Shown piece by piece: positions 39,366-50,518 of a DNA stretch of 64,000 nucleotides. The DNA comes from Calditrichaceae bacterium (lineage in GTDB: Bacteria; Calditrichota; Calditrichia; Calditrichales; JBFXGD01): NCBI GenBank assembly GCA_050173015.1, contig JBFXLE010000010.1:32001-96000 (forward strand), given 5' to 3'. The notes under the pieces were generated by a model. It did not search any database. It had not been told where the DNA came from and worked only from the letters and a program-made list of their open reading frames with translations. Positions within the stretch are counted from its first letter, which is position 1. The number at the start of each line of letters is the position of its first letter. Both the position numbers and the translations under genes were made by a program.

Positions 39366-41275
39366 AACTAGATTCAAAAATTCCGAGCGGTCCCCTGGCC
39401 GAGAAATGGGATAAACATAAATTTGATATAAAAGTTGTCAATCCCAAAAACAAGAGAAAATTTACGGTAATTGTGGTGGGTACCGGCCTGGCCGGCGCAT
39501 CCGCCGCGGCTTCGCTTGGTGAACTTGGATATAATGTACTTAATTTCTGCATTCAGGATTCTCCCCGTCGCGCGCACAGTATCGCTGCCCAGGGCGGAAT
39601 CAATGCCGCCAAAAATTATCAGAATGACGGCGACAGCGTATGGCGCTTATTTCATGACACCATAAAGGGCGGCGATTACCGCGCCCGTGAAGCCAATGTG
39701 TACCGTCTTGCTCAGGTGAGCAACAATATCATTGATCAGGCTGTCGCTCAGGGTGTTCCTTTTGCAAGGGAATACGGCGGCTTGTTTGCTAACCGATCTT
39801 TTGGCGGCGCGCTCGTATCCCGAACGTTTTACGCCCGGGGACAGACGGGACAACAGCTGCTGCTGGGAGCCTACAGTTCTCTGATGGCGCAGGTGGAAGC
39901 AGGAACCGTTAAATTGTACACCAGACGCGAAATGCTTGAACTTGTCGTTATCGACGGTAAAGCGCGGGGCATTGTTACACGCAACTTGATCACCGGTGAA
40001 ACTGAACGATTCGCGGCCGACGCCGTTGTTCTGGGTACCGGGGGATACGCCACCGCATATTATCTTTCCACATTAGCAGTCAATTCAAACGCGACCGCCA
40101 TATGGCGCGCGCATAAAAAAGGCGCTTTATTCGGAAATCCGTGCTTCGTTCAAATCCACCCGACATGTATTCCGAGATCCGGCGACTATCAGTCAAAACT
40201 TACTCTGATGAGTGAAAGCCTCCGTAACGACGGCCGGGTGTGGGTGCCTAAGAAAAAAGGTGACAAACGCCCACCAAATGAAATTCCCGAAAACGAACGG
40301 GATTATTATCTTGAAAGAAAATATCCGACCTTTGGAAACATGGTTCCCCGCGATGTGGCCTCGAGAAACGCGAAGGACATGTGTGATGAAGGAAAAGGAG
40401 TCGGTGAAACGGGTCTGGCGGTGTATCTTGATTTTAAAGACGCCATCAATCATTTCGGTCGGGAAACGATTGAGGAACGTTACGGCAACCTGTTTGAAAT
40501 GTACAAAGAAATTACTAATGAAGACGCATATGAAGTCCCAATGCGTATTTATCCCGCTCCGCATTATACCATGGGTGGTCTTTGGGTTGATTACAACCTG
40601 ATGAGTAACATTCCGGGTCTGCACGTGATCGGTGAAGCCAACTTCTCTGATCACGGCGCTAACCGCCTCGGCGCCAGCGCTTTAATGCAGGGTCTTTCAG
40701 ACGGTTACTTTGTACTTCCTTATACAATTGGTCATTATCTCGGCGGAACCAAGCTCGAGAAAGTAACGACTGATCATGAGGCTTTCAAGGAAGCTGAAGC
40801 TGAAGCCAACGAAAGATTCGATAAGCTCCTGGCTGTAAAAGGAAACAAAACGGTCAAGGAGTTCCATACTGAACTTGGTAATATCTTATGGAATTATGTC
40901 GGTATGGGCAGGACTGAAGAAGGTCTGAAAAAAGCCCTTGAACTGATCCCGAAACTGCGTGAAGAATTCTGGAAAAACGTTAAGGTGGTCGGTACTAAGG
41001 ATTCGCTAAACAAAAACCTTGAATTCGCGGGCCGTGTTGCCGATTACATGGAACTTGCCGAACTGATGGCACAGGACGCGCTACATAGAGTTGAATCCTG
41101 CGGTGGTCACTTCCGGGAAGAAAGTCAGACCGAAGAGGGCGAAGCCTTACGCGACGATGAAAATTTTAGCTATGTTGCCGCCTGGGAATATAAAGGCCTG
41201 GGCAATAGGTGGGAATTGCATAAAGAACCACTTGAATTTGAAAATGTAACCCCAACCCAGCGTAGCTATAAGTAA
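39362..41275 (+). CDS. sdhA: Succinate dehydrogenase/fumarate reductase flavoprotein
   Basis: [45 protein letters not shown]. Confidence 0.96.
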   Translation: MKLDSKIPSGPLAEKWDKHKFDIKVVNPKNKRKFTVIVVGTGLAGASAAASLGELGYNVLNFCIQDSPRRAHSIAAQGGINAAKNYQNDGDSVWRLFHDTIKGGDYRAREANVYRLAQVSNNIIDQAVAQGVPFAREYGGLFANRSFGGALVSRTFYARGQTGQQLLLGAYSSLMAQVEAGTVKLYTRREMLELVVIDGKARGIVTRNLITGETERFAADAVVLGTGGYATAYYLSTLAVNSNATAIWRAHKKGALFGNPCFVQIHPTCIPRSGDYQSKLTLMSESLRNDGRVWVPKKKGDKRPPNEIPENERDYYLERKYPTFGNMVPRDVASRNAKDMCDEGKGVGETGLAVYLDFKDAINHFGRETIEERYGNLFEMYKEITNEDAYEVPMRIYPAPHYTMGGLWVDYNLMSNIPGLHVIGEANFSDHGANRLGASALMQGLSDGYFVLPYTIGHYLGGTKLEKVTTDHEAFKEAEAEANERFDKLLAVKGNKTVKEFHTELGNILWNYVGMGRTEEGLKKALELIPKLREEFWKNVKVVGTKDSLNKNLEFAGRVADYMELAELMAQDALHRVESCGGHFREESQTEEGEALRDDENFSYVAAWEYKGLGNRWELHKEPLEFENVTPTQRSYK

Positions 41276-41286
41276 GGAGGCGGAAA

Positions 41287-42045
41287 ATGCAAGAGAAAAA
41301 AAATCTGACAATATATGTAAAAGCATGGCGTCAGGCCGATGCTAAATCTAAAGGTAAATTCGTTAAATACACGGTTAATGATGTTAATCCTGACATGTCC
41401 TTTCTTGAAATGCTGGACGTTCTGAACGAAGATCTCATCAAGAAAGACGAAATACCCGTTGAATTCGATAATGACTGCCGCGAAGGTATCTGCGGTATGT
41501 GTGGACTTGTGATCAACGGTACCGCTCATGGACCAAAAAGCGGGACCACGACCTGTGAAGTCCGCATGCGTCAGTTCAAAAGCGGGGATACCATTCACGT
41601 AGAACCATGGAGGGCGAAAGCTTTTCCATTGATCAAAGATCTTGTTGTTGACCGTACAGCGATAGACCGGATCATGGCGAAGGGCGGTTATATCAGTGTT
41701 CGTACAGGCGGCGCTCCGGAAGCCAGCGCGATTCTGGTGCCAAAAGAAGAATCCGATATTGCAATGGATATGGCCGCGTGCATCGGCTGCGGCGCTTGTG
41801 TGGCTGCATGTCCTAACGCCTCGGCGGCATTGGTCGTCAGCGCGAAGATTTCACAATTTGCCTTACTGCCGCAAGGACAGCCCGAGGCAAAGCGGCGCGT
41901 TGAAAAAATGGTGGCGCAGATGGATGAAGAACAATTCGGCGCGTGTTCCAATCATGGTGAATGCGAAGCTGTCTGTCCGAAGAATATTTCTATCTCGGCG
42001 ATTGCCCGCATGAGACGTGAGTACCTCAAAGCCGCTGTGAGCTGA
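41287..42045 (+). CDS. sdhB: Succinate dehydrogenase/fumarate reductase Fe-S subunit
   Basis: [33 protein letters not shown]. Confidence 0.96.
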   Translation: MQEKKNLTIYVKAWRQADAKSKGKFVKYTVNDVNPDMSFLEMLDVLNEDLIKKDEIPVEFDNDCREGICGMCGLVINGTAHGPKSGTTTCEVRMRQFKSGDTIHVEPWRAKAFPLIKDLVVDRTAIDRIMAKGGYISVRTGGAPEASAILVPKEESDIAMDMAACIGCGACVAACPNASAALVVSAKISQFALLPQGQPEAKRRVEKMVAQMDEEQFGACSNHGECEAVCPKNISISAIARMRREYLKAAVS

Positions 42046-42064
42046 GCAAATTGTTTTATAATTG

Positions 42065-42103
42065 AAAAAGGCATGACGCGATTTGCGTCATGCCTTTTTT
42101 TTT
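42065..42103. terminator. Bidirectional terminator
   Basis: AAAAAGGCATGACGC-GATTT-GCGTCATGCCTTTTT perfect stem. Confidence 0.85.
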
Positions 42104-42124
42104 GGAGGAGTGCCGGATGTTAAT

Positions 42125-43495
42125 TTAGAAACTAAACTTCAGACCAACTAAAACTTTTGTTGTCGTAATATCTTCTGTGGTTAAGGCAGTGCTTGTGTAA
42201 AGATAAGCCGATTGATTTTCCCATGTTCCTCGTGTATAACTCACATCAAGAGTAGTGCTTTTATCAATTTTATACCCGATGCCGCCGCTATAATATACCT
42301 TGTCAAAACCACCGTCACCCTCTTTTAACGGTGTCGGTACCCTCCGGTAACCGGCCCGAAGAAACATACCCGAATCCATGACATTGAATTCTCCGCCCAG
42401 ACTGTATGAAAGAACCGCTCTGTAATCATCTCTGATCACCGCGTTTTCATCAAGCAAATCCCTGTAATCTGACGCGGAACGGTCTGAAGGAACCGCATAC
42501 TCTACCTGTGACCAGTCACGATAATCCATCGACGCGCTCAATAAAAAATATCTTTGCTGAAAAGAAATTCCGGCGCCGAATTTAAACGGGACCTTGATAT
42601 CATAATCAAATTCACCGGATCCTAGATCGAGCGCTTCATAGCTGAGATCATCATATCCAATTTCATCATTTTCCGACCAGGATTCATCTACCGTCAGGGT
42701 CATCGGGAATGTAATTGTCGCTCCCAGCCTCACCTGCTCAGATATACGGAACAGTCCGCCCAGCTTCAGTTCAAGACCTGAATAATCGCTTACTATTTTT
42801 TGCTGATACAGATAATAATCGAAGTCAATCGGATTCGTATCGAATCTGTAAATATTGTCTATGTCTTCCTGCAGATAGTCGGAAGTATATGTACTGCTTC
42901 CACCATAAAAATTGATGGTCAGACCCGCTGAGAAATTTGGAGAAAGATCCATTGCCGCGCCGAATGACCATTGACTCAGATTACCGTCATTATAAACTGT
43001 CTGCGTGCGTTGGACCCCGCTGTCAAAATACACTTCACCGATCTGATCGCCGTAATCAAAGTATAATCCGTTGCTGTTACTGTCATAACCCGAGAAATTC
43101 AGAAAACTGTCTAAATCCTTTATACGCTGATATCCAAAGGCGAAAACCAGGCTGCCTCTCAGAACCGGAAACGGATACGCGATCCCGATGCTTTGCAATT
43201 TTGTAAAAGTCCGGTTATCCGACAAATCTGATCCGTAATATCTGGCGCTGTTATCAAAATTGAGATTGTACAAGTCTCCCCAGACCTGACCCTGGCGCAT
43301 CTGAGCGAGTCCCGCGGGATTAAAGTAAATTGCTGAATAATCATCCGCGACTCCTGTGTAGGCGTTTCCCATCGCCGCGGCCCGCGCTCCGATTCCACCT
43401 TCATTTTCAAGCAGTTCAATGGCTTCATCCGCGCTCTGGGCGATTAGCTGATTTATAAATATAAGTGTAAACATTATTAACAGTAAGTTTCGCAT
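42125..43495 (-). CDS. FadL/OmpP1-like outer-membrane protein
   Basis: GARAAAMGNAYTGVADDYSAIYFNPAGL hatch motif; terminal Phe. Confidence 0.85.
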   Translation of the reverse strand: MRNLLLIMFTLIFINQLIAQSADEAIELLENEGGIGARAAAMGNAYTGVADDYSAIYFNPAGLAQMRQGQVWGDLYNLNFDNSARYYGSDLSDNRTFTKLQSIGIAYPFPVLRGSLVFAFGYQRIKDLDSFLNFSGYDSNSNGLYFDYGDQIGEVYFDSGVQRTQTVYNDGNLSQWSFGAAMDLSPNFSAGLTINFYGGSSTYTSDYLQEDIDNIYRFDTNPIDFDYYLYQQKIVSDYSGLELKLGGLFRISEQVRLGATITFPMTLTVDESWSENDEIGYDDLSYEALDLGSGEFDYDIKVPFKFGAGISFQQRYFLLSASMDYRDWSQVEYAVPSDRSASDYRDLLDENAVIRDDYRAVLSYSLGGEFNVMDSGMFLRAGYRRVPTPLKEGDGGFDKVYYSGGIGYKIDKSTTLDVSYTRGTWENQSAYLYTSTALTTEDITTTKVLVGLKFSF

Positions 43496-43518
43496 GGTTC
43501 CTTCCTTTCTCAGAATGA

Positions 43519-44649
43519 TTATCTGCGCGACCGAGTGCTGCTTTTACCTGATGAACCAGAACTTGATGATTTGCTGCTGCTTCCCGATGATTTCGCCGGC
43601 GTCGATCTGACTGTTGATGTTGAACGTGACGGCGGACTATAACTGCTCTTACTTCCGGATGATTTTGTTGACCCGGATCTGGAAACCGATGAACTGCTTC
43701 TCGGCTTACTCACCGTTGATTTTTTATCCGAACCCGAATCACTGCTCTTTTTCGCGTCAGTCCCTCGTTTTTTGGTACTTGAAGTTGTCGTGCGGTAATA
43801 CTTGCGAACCGGTGTGTTTTTGCTTCGCTCAACAGCCTTATCCTGCGCGCCTGAATTCTGCCCGTCCCTGACGGTATTTGTTTCTGAATTATCTTGAGTA
43901 CGCTTTACTCTTGTCGTTTTGTCTGTACGACCGGATTTTGTGTCTGTTCTGCCGGAAGATTTTGAATCACCCTGATTCACCGTTCTTACAGGTCTGCTGC
44001 TGACTTCCGTGCTCCGGGTTTTACCTTCGGAGCTTTCACCCGGGCTGCCTGAAACAGCGCCGGCGCCGGGAGCCTGCCGCACCGGGACAAACGTTTGCTG
44101 ATCATTGTTTCTGGAACTCACCTCGCTGCTTGTCCTCGCTGAGCGGACAACACCGGACGCGGATGACTGGCGTTTGTTGAAAGAGCGCTTTTCATAATTT
44201 TTCCACGAATAATAATTGTTGTCGTAATGATGATAGTATGGATAACCATAGTAATAGTCATGATAATACGGACCATAGCCAAAAGTATAGATCGGATACC
44301 AGCGGTCATAAGGCCAATACCATCTGTCATAATGATGCGCCCATGGATAGGCGGAGATTACAATATAGGGTCCGGAATAATAATATGAATCATACCATGG
44401 ATCCCAGGGATCATAAACTGAATAACGGTAACTGTAAACGGCAGGATAATCATAAATATAATACCGGGATATATAGGTGTTCCCCTGTTCATCCTCATAA
44501 TAGACTTCTTCATCATAATATGGTTCTTCCTGCTCGGTGTACACTGCATCATCCCGATGCGCAAGGGCAAGCTGAGTATAACATGAAGTTGTTATAAGAC
44601 TCATCACTGCCGTTAGGATCAGGATCTTGATTAAACTTATCCTGTTCAT
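43519..44649 (-). CDS. Lipoprotein with a Tyr/Pro/Asp-rich segment and an Ser/Arg/Lys-rich disordered tail
   Basis: ATG 44649 follows GAGGAG; lipobox ITTSC; low-complexity composition. Confidence 0.7.
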   Translation of the reverse strand: MNRISLIKILILTAVMSLITTSCYTQLALAHRDDAVYTEQEEPYYDEEVYYEDEQGNTYISRYYIYDYPAVYSYRYSVYDPWDPWYDSYYYSGPYIVISAYPWAHHYDRWYWPYDRWYPIYTFGYGPYYHDYYYGYPYYHHYDNNYYSWKNYEKRSFNKRQSSASGVVRSARTSSEVSSRNNDQQTFVPVRQAPGAGAVSGSPGESSEGKTRSTEVSSRPVRTVNQGDSKSSGRTDTKSGRTDKTTRVKRTQDNSETNTVRDGQNSGAQDKAVERSKNTPVRKYYRTTTSSTKKRGTDAKKSSDSGSDKKSTVSKPRSSSSVSRSGSTKSSGSKSSYSPPSRSTSTVRSTPAKSSGSSSKSSSSGSSGKSSTRSRR

Positions 44650-44688
44650 TTTATCACTCCTCAAAGTTAATCACTCAATATAATATAT

Positions 44689-44704
44689 GTCAAATATCAT
44701 GCCA
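44689..44704 (-). promoter_or_regulatory. Putative sigma54 (-24/-12) promoter TGGCATGATATTTGAC
   Basis: Matches TGGCAC-N5-TTGC with correct spacing (C>T at position 6, C>A at -12), about 40 bp upstream of the lipoprotein ATG. Confidence 0.6.
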
Positions 44705-44766
44705 GACTTTTTCCGGCTGTCAGCCCTTATTTGACGGGCGCCAATTAAAAATGAAGAAAAATATCG

Positions 44767-44813
44767 TGTAAACTCAGTTTACATGTAATCGGGTTGTGTA
44801 AACATCGGTTACG
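44767..44813. promoter_or_regulatory. Two enhancer-like boxes TGTAAAC-N3-GTTTACA (44767-44783 perfect, 44797-44813 imperfect)
   Basis: Palindromes 30 bp apart, 60-110 bp upstream of the sigma54 motif. Confidence 0.6.
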
Positions 44814-44843
44814 CTGATTGGCTGTTCAATTCGCCATGGATCA

Positions 44844-45314
44844 TTAATCTCTCAGTGTCGCGACCAGGCGATCAGGGTTGAGCAGCAGCTCAAAAGCCGA
44901 GCTAATATCTTTAACGACGATATCCGCGGAATAGATCGATTCCACACAAATCCCTTCACCCTCTATAACCGCGATGCCAAGAAGAGAATTTTTCAGCATC
45001 AACCGGTCATTTCTTCCGTTCCCTATAGAAACAACATGAGAAATGCCCAATTGTTCCGTATATTTCAGCTTCCCGTCGGACTGGTTTTCCGAAGAAATGA
45101 TGTGTATCCGGCAGGGATATCCTTTGAGTTCACGCTGCACACTGCCAAAGGTATCCGCTGTAAGGACATGCAGATCGAGCTGTTCTGACAGTTTTTCAAA
45201 ATATCCCTTAACCTCCCCAAACACCTTTCCGTCAAGGGCAAGCGTACCGTTATAATCCATCACCAGATGTTTTATCCGCAACAAACCCGATCCCGGTATA
45301 TTGATTTCTATCAT
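44844..45314 (-). CDS. HAD-superfamily soluble P-type ATPase-like protein
   Basis: DYNGTLA, LTADTFG, IGNGRND. Confidence 0.85.
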   Translation of the reverse strand: MIEINIPGSGLLRIKHLVMDYNGTLALDGKVFGEVKGYFEKLSEQLDLHVLTADTFGSVQRELKGYPCRIHIISSENQSDGKLKYTEQLGISHVVSIGNGRNDRLMLKNSLLGIAVIEGEGICVESIYSADIVVKDISSAFELLLNPDRLVATLRD

Positions 45315-45316
45315 CC

Positions 45317-46774
45317 TTATGATTTCTCCGGGTTGTTTTTAAACGGACCGGCTTCAATACCATATCTTTTGAGCATCTTATGAAGCCCCACCCGACTAAT
45401 ACCAAGAACCATCGCGGATTGTTGTATATTCCCGTTCATCTCACGCAGAGTATTTGTAATCATCGTTCGCTCCAGATCCGCGACAGCTTCCTTTAGATTA
45501 TGATTTTTTTGAAGACTAAATCCGGTTGAAATTTCCGTGTTTTGAAATCTCACGGATAACATATCCGCCGAGATGACTCCATGCTGATCTGCCAGGGTAA
45601 CCAGACGCTCTATTTCGTTTTCAAGCTCCCTGATGTTGCCCGGATAATCGGCATTTGTCAGGATTTGAATCACCTCTTCATCCATCCGCTCTATTTCTTT
45701 TCCGATTCGACGCGTATATTTTTGCAAAAAATGACTGATCAGCTCCGGGATATCCTGCTTTCTTTCGCTCAGCGGCGGTAAAATCAGCGGGAAAACACTT
45801 AATCGATAAAAAAGATCTTCACGGAAACGGCCATCCTGAACGTCTTTCCGGAGGTCTCTGTTTGTCGCGGCCACAATTCTTACATCAACTTTTTTAGTCT
45901 TTGAAGCGCCGACCGGTTTTATCTCGCCCTCCTGGAGCACCCTGAGCAACCCCAACTGCAAAGCCGGAGTAGTGTCGCCTATTTCATCCAGAAAAACAGT
46001 CCCTTTATCCGCGGTTTCAAACAGCCCCTTTTTATCCTGTATGGCGCCGGTGAACGCTCCTTTTACATGTCCGAACAGTTCGCTTTGCAGAAGCGTATCC
46101 GGAATAGCCCCGCAATTTTGCGCGACAAATATATTGTCTTTACGGTTGCTGTTATAATGAATCATCTTTGCCAGCAGCTCTTTCCCCGTCCCGGTTTCTC
46201 CCAGGATGAGCACGGTCGTCGGGGTCTCAACCACCTTCCGGACCAATTTGAATATCTTGAGCATCTTAGGACTGTGCCCGATAAAATTCCCCAGATCGAG
46301 TTGTTTTTCCACCTGTTTCTGAAGTTCGACATTTTCGCTGGCAAGCTGCCGGTTCGCCCGAAGAAGCTGTTCCTGCAGCTGAGTATTCCGCGCGGAAAGC
46401 CGGAATCTTTCGACGGCGCGGCGCACCGCCAGTTTGAGTTCATCCGGCTCGAATGGTTTTGAGATATACTGGTAAATCTGCGCCTGATTCACCGCGTTTA
46501 TAGATGCTTCAATATCCGCGTAACCGGTGATCATGATCCTCACCGCTTCCGGCTGAATCTTTATGGCTTCGCTTAAAAAGGTCACTCCGTCCATTACGGG
46601 CATACGCTGATCGGCCAGAATAACCGCCACATCGCGCTCTTTCAGGTGTTCGAGGGCTTCTCTGCCGCTTTCGGCAGTAAGCACGTCATAGTCACGGCGA
46701 AATATATGTTTCATTGTGTTCAATATTTCCGGCTGATCATCCACAATCAGGATGGAGTCTTTTTTCTCAGTCAT
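45317..46774 (-). CDS. Sigma54-dependent response regulator (NtrC family)
   Basis: REC domain (IVDD, ADQRMP, SKP), AAA+ (GETGTGKE, GAFTGA, FLDEIG), Fis-type HTH. Confidence 0.95.
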   Translation of the reverse strand: MTEKKDSILIVDDQPEILNTMKHIFRRDYDVLTAESGREALEHLKERDVAVILADQRMPVMDGVTFLSEAIKIQPEAVRIMITGYADIEASINAVNQAQIYQYISKPFEPDELKLAVRRAVERFRLSARNTQLQEQLLRANRQLASENVELQKQVEKQLDLGNFIGHSPKMLKIFKLVRKVVETPTTVLILGETGTGKELLAKMIHYNSNRKDNIFVAQNCGAIPDTLLQSELFGHVKGAFTGAIQDKKGLFETADKGTVFLDEIGDTTPALQLGLLRVLQEGEIKPVGASKTKKVDVRIVAATNRDLRKDVQDGRFREDLFYRLSVFPLILPPLSERKQDIPELISHFLQKYTRRIGKEIERMDEEVIQILTNADYPGNIRELENEIERLVTLADQHGVISADMLSVRFQNTEISTGFSLQKNHNLKEAVADLERTMITNTLREMNGNIQQSAMVLGISRVGLHKMLKRYGIEAGPFKNNPEKS

Positions 46775-49700
46775 TTTTCTCTCCGGCGGCGCCTGACAAT
46801 GGCAGCCTTATGATAAATTTAGTACCCTTTCCGATCTGACTTTCCACTTCAATCGTCCCCTTATGATGCTGAATTATCGAATATGAAATACTGAGTCCGA
46901 GCCCCGTGCCCTTATTGACATCCTTTGTAGTAAAAAACGGATCAAAAATTTTCGGAATGACTTTAGCGGGGATACCCGACCCGCTGTCTTCAATCTCCAC
47001 CGTCATAAATTTATCGTCAGAATAGGTTCGCAGGCATATTGATCCTTTGCCCTTAATGGATTGCAGGGCGTTGGAAATTAAATTGACAAACACCTGATTC
47101 AACTGGCCGGGATTACATAAAAACCTGGGATCATCACGAAAATCTTTTATGATCTCTATAGATTCCGGGATTTGATGCCGTAAAATTTTTAAACTGCTTT
47201 CCAGTCCTGAAACCACACTTGCCTCTTTCCATTCCGCCTGATCCAGCCTGGAAAAATTTTTCAGATTCTGTACCAGTTCTTTTACTGTTCTGCTGCCGTT
47301 CTGACTGTCATTGATGATATTCCTCAAATCATCCAGGATCGCGGGGAACTGAGTAAAAACCGCGTGCTCCGGCGGGAGATCCAGTCCGGTCAGAATTTTA
47401 TTGAGTTCATCCATATATCCGTTAAGAATATTCATATTCGCGTAAATAAAACTGACCGGATTATTTAATTCATGCGAAATTCCCGCCACCAGTTGTCCGA
47501 GGGATGCCATTTTTTCTGAATGGATTAGCTGCGCTTCCTTCTGTTGCAATTCCCGGAACAGTTTCTGAAGTTCATTGTTTTTCTCATCCAGCTCGTTATT
47601 CGTCCTTTCAAGCTCGGTGACATATTGTTCTTTTAACCGGGCCGTGGTCAGTTTTTTTACCAGTTCGGCGGTTTCTTCTATATAATTATTATTCTCGATC
47701 GTGATGGCGGCCTGATTGGATATAGTGGAAATTAACTGGAGATCCTGCTGATTCAACGGAGACTCTGAATGATTCATCTCAAGCGCGATCAGTCCATAAA
47801 GCAGTTGGTTTCGCTTCACCGGAATGAGCACATTAAGGTTCGTCTTTCCGGGTGTCAAATCCAATGCGGTCCGGCCGCGGTTTATAATTTTCTCATGGAT
47901 CAGCTGTTCTCTTTCTTTATCATCAAAACGCAGCGTGGCGTTTTCTGAAAGATCTAAATTTGGCGGCACATAACCGGGTTTCATCTCACCCTGACCGTTG
48001 CAAAAGAAGGCGGCTTTCTCAATTTCATTATGCTGAATAACAGTATCGACCAGTTTTTTGTACAAATCTTCATTACTGTGAATCTCTATCATCTGATCGC
48101 TTAATTCCTGAAGCAGCAATCTGAATCTCCCCCGCCGGCGTCTGATTTTAATCAGATGTTCAGAATACATAACCGAAACAATTCCGGCGAATAGCGTCAG
48201 CCCGTTCAGCGTAACCAACGCGTCGGTCATTACTCTCTGACTAAAAACAATAAAAACGATCAGCGATACAATAAACCAGACCGTGAGCTGCATGGAAATG
48301 CTGAATGCTGTCCACTGATACCGTCTCAGACCCAGAGTAACATAACCGTAAAGCAGCGCGGAAAGCAGTATAAACAGCATAAGACTAAACCAGAATGCAG
48401 ATTGCCCGGCCCGATACTTGAATCCGTACCACCCGAAATACAGCCCGCCGATAAGCGTCCCATACTCCGAAACCAAATAGGATTTTCCCGGCGTCAAACC
48501 GGTCAGCGTGATTCGCTTGCCGGAAGGAAAAAGTATTTCGGCGTTAAACCCGGCATATTGCCCCGCGCCAAAATGAATAACCGGATCCGATGAAGACAGA
48601 TACCCCTTATTTGCCGAAACTTCCCTGAATCCGATTAGTTTTTTCAGAGAATCGTTTCCCGTATAAAAATAGACCTTCGCGCCGATGGCATCTCTGTTGG
48701 AACGAACGCCCGTCAACCGCAGACTGATGAAGTTTTTATTGTTGGTGGGATTTAAATAAATCTGGCTGAATTCATCCTTATTAGACACAAAAATATCCAG
48801 GTCACCGTCCCCGTCGAGATCCGCGGCGGCGCTCCCCGTGCTGTAGGTGTGACGGGTATCCGCGTCGTACCCGGGAAGAAATCCGCCCTGCCCGTCACCG
48901 AGATATAGCCGGTTGATCCCTTTAATTGTCAGAAAACTGTCCAGCCAGCCGTCATGATTAAAATCTTCGAACAATAGCCCGTAAACACTTTGGCCGATAC
49001 GATAAAACGGATGCGACGTGACATTGACAAACCTGATTTTGCCCGGAAGTGATTCATTTCTGTAATAAAAAACAAACCCCTCCCTGGTGGCTACAAAAAC
49101 ATCCAAATCTCCATCGTTATCGATATCCGCGAAGGCCGCGCTGTTTGAAGAAATTGGCTGGGTAAGTGTCTGAAGATCCATTCGCAAAGGCGTGAAAATA
49201 CCGGCGCCGTCATTTATCAGCAGATAGTCCGGGCTAAACCAATTGGCCACATATATATCCGGATCACCGTCCCCGTCAAGATCACCCGCGCATACACCCT
49301 GACTAACCGCCGAATCGATGAATGATTCCGTCCAGATTTGTTCCCTGAATTTACCGTTACCCTGATTTATCAGCAGACGGTTGCTAAAATGTTCATCGCT
49401 GATGTAGAGATCCAGATAACCATCCATATTTACATCGGTCCACAAGCCCTGATTTGCATCAACCGGCCCGGGCGCGTTCAGATTCCCGGTGGCGTCATCA
49501 AAGAGCACACCGCCGTTATTATGAAACAGCGTGATCGTTTTTCCCCATCCGGCCAGAAAAATATCCGGCAGGCCGTCATTATCATAGTCGGCAGCGGATG
49601 AACCCAGTTCGAGATTCGTCTGACCGCGCGGCATGAGATATCCGCCAAGACCTGAATAAATCGTCCGGTCGATAAACGGGATAATCCCCCCGTTATTGAT

Positions 49701-49934
49701 CAGCAGGCGGTTCAGATTTCTAAAACACACCAGATAAATATCGGGGTAGCCATCATTGTTAAAATCCCTGAAGGCGACACCGTATCCATCATCAATATCG
49801 GGAATCAGACCGGTAATCAAGTTCGATTTCAGCATTTGGAAATCAGCATCACTTTCAGAAGACGCGGCGGCCGAAAAAAAAGAAATTACCAGGATGAAAA
49901 AGGCAAATACGATCGTTTTGTAATATTTATGCAT
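46767..49934 (-). CDS. Sensor histidine kinase with extracytoplasmic FG-GAP propeller and ASPIC/UnbV domain, TM segments, GAF-like domain, HisKA/HATPase
   Basis: Seven DxD/NxDGxxD repeats; NRDAIGAKV...[51 protein letters not shown]. Confidence 0.9.
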   Translation of the reverse strand: MHKYYKTIVFAFFILVISFFSAAASSESDADFQMLKSNLITGLIPDIDDGYGVAFRDFNNDGYPDIYLVCFRNLNRLLINNGGIIPFIDRTIYSGLGGYLMPRGQTNLELGSSAADYDNDGLPDIFLAGWGKTITLFHNNGGVLFDDATGNLNAPGPVDANQGLWTDVNMDGYLDLYISDEHFSNRLLINQGNGKFREQIWTESFIDSAVSQGVCAGDLDGDGDPDIYVANWFSPDYLLINDGAGIFTPLRMDLQTLTQPISSNSAAFADIDNDGDLDVFVATREGFVFYYRNESLPGKIRFVNVTSHPFYRIGQSVYGLLFEDFNHDGWLDSFLTIKGINRLYLGDGQGGFLPGYDADTRHTYSTGSAAADLDGDGDLDIFVSNKDEFSQIYLNPTNNKNFISLRLTGVRSNRDAIGAKVYFYTGNDSLKKLIGFREVSANKGYLSSSDPVIHFGAGQYAGFNAEILFPSGKRITLTGLTPGKSYLVSEYGTLIGGLYFGWYGFKYRAGQSAFWFSLMLFILLSALLYGYVTLGLRRYQWTAFSISMQLTVWFIVSLIVFIVFSQRVMTDALVTLNGLTLFAGIVSVMYSEHLIKIRRRRGRFRLLLQELSDQMIEIHSNEDLYKKLVDTVIQHNEIEKAAFFCNGQGEMKPGYVPPNLDLSENATLRFDDKEREQLIHEKIINRGRTALDLTPGKTNLNVLIPVKRNQLLYGLIALEMNHSESPLNQQDLQLISTISNQAAITIENNNYIEETAELVKKLTTARLKEQYVTELERTNNELDEKNNELQKLFRELQQKEAQLIHSEKMASLGQLVAGISHELNNPVSFIYANMNILNGYMDELNKILTGLDLPPEHAVFTQFPAILDDLRNIINDSQNGSRTVKELVQNLKNFSRLDQAEWKEASVVSGLESSLKILRHQIPESIEIIKDFRDDPRFLCNPGQLNQVFVNLISNALQSIKGKGSICLRTYSDDKFMTVEIEDSGSGIPAKVIPKIFDPFFTTKDVNKGTGLGLSISYSIIQHHKGTIEVESQIGKGTKFIIRLPLSGAAGEKND

Positions 49935-49943
49935 AACTCACCC

Positions 49944-49970
49944 AATAGTGTTAACTCAATTTACACTATT
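49944..49970. promoter_or_regulatory. Third copy of the box, TGTTAACTCAATTTACA, upstream of the kinase gene
   Basis: 15/17 identical to 44767-44783, inside the extended palindrome AATAGTGT...ACACTATT. Confidence 0.55.
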
Positions 49971-50184
49971 CACCGGCATCTGGCAACAACGGGAGGAGAA
50001 ATTGTAACGCTAACAAAAAAGACTCATCTTGAGCAACCTCACAGACATTATAAATACAGAGATTATATTAATCATATTATACAGGCGTACGAAGATAAGA
50101 TTTATGTCTATAAACAGCGAGCCTGATTTGTGAGTGAAACATTGTCCGGATGACTCCACGCGTTTAATAAGAAGGAAATTTAGA

Positions 50185-50508
50185 ATGAAACAATTAATTT
50201 TACTGTCTTTTTTGACTTTGTTTTTCATGTCCTGCGGATCCGGAACAAAAAAGCAAATTCAGTCCGCGCCCGTGATTGATCCGTTTGTGATGAACTGGTT
50301 TAAGGATAAGGTCAGCAAGAGTGAGGACACTCTTCCCGTGCTTGTATCGTGTCGTTCAGAAATTCAGGACATCTCTTTTCTAAAAATGAGCTCGGAAAAT
50401 TATTATACGGGTCACATTACCCGTTCCCAGCTCGAGGAGTTAATGAAAGACGCGCGAATCATTAAAATTTCATCCGTAAAAAAGATCCCAATGTCTCCCA
50501 ATAAATAA
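50185..50508 (+). CDS. Small lipoprotein resembling the propeptide of the downstream S8 protease
   Basis: ATG 50185 follows AAGGA; lipobox FFMSC; visible similarity to the protease prodomain. Confidence 0.7.
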   Translation: MKQLILLSFLTLFFMSCGSGTKKQIQSAPVIDPFVMNWFKDKVSKSEDTLPVLVSCRSEIQDISFLKMSSENYYTGHITRSQLEELMKDARIIKISSVKKIPMSPNK

Positions 50509-50518
50509 AGAGGTCGAA

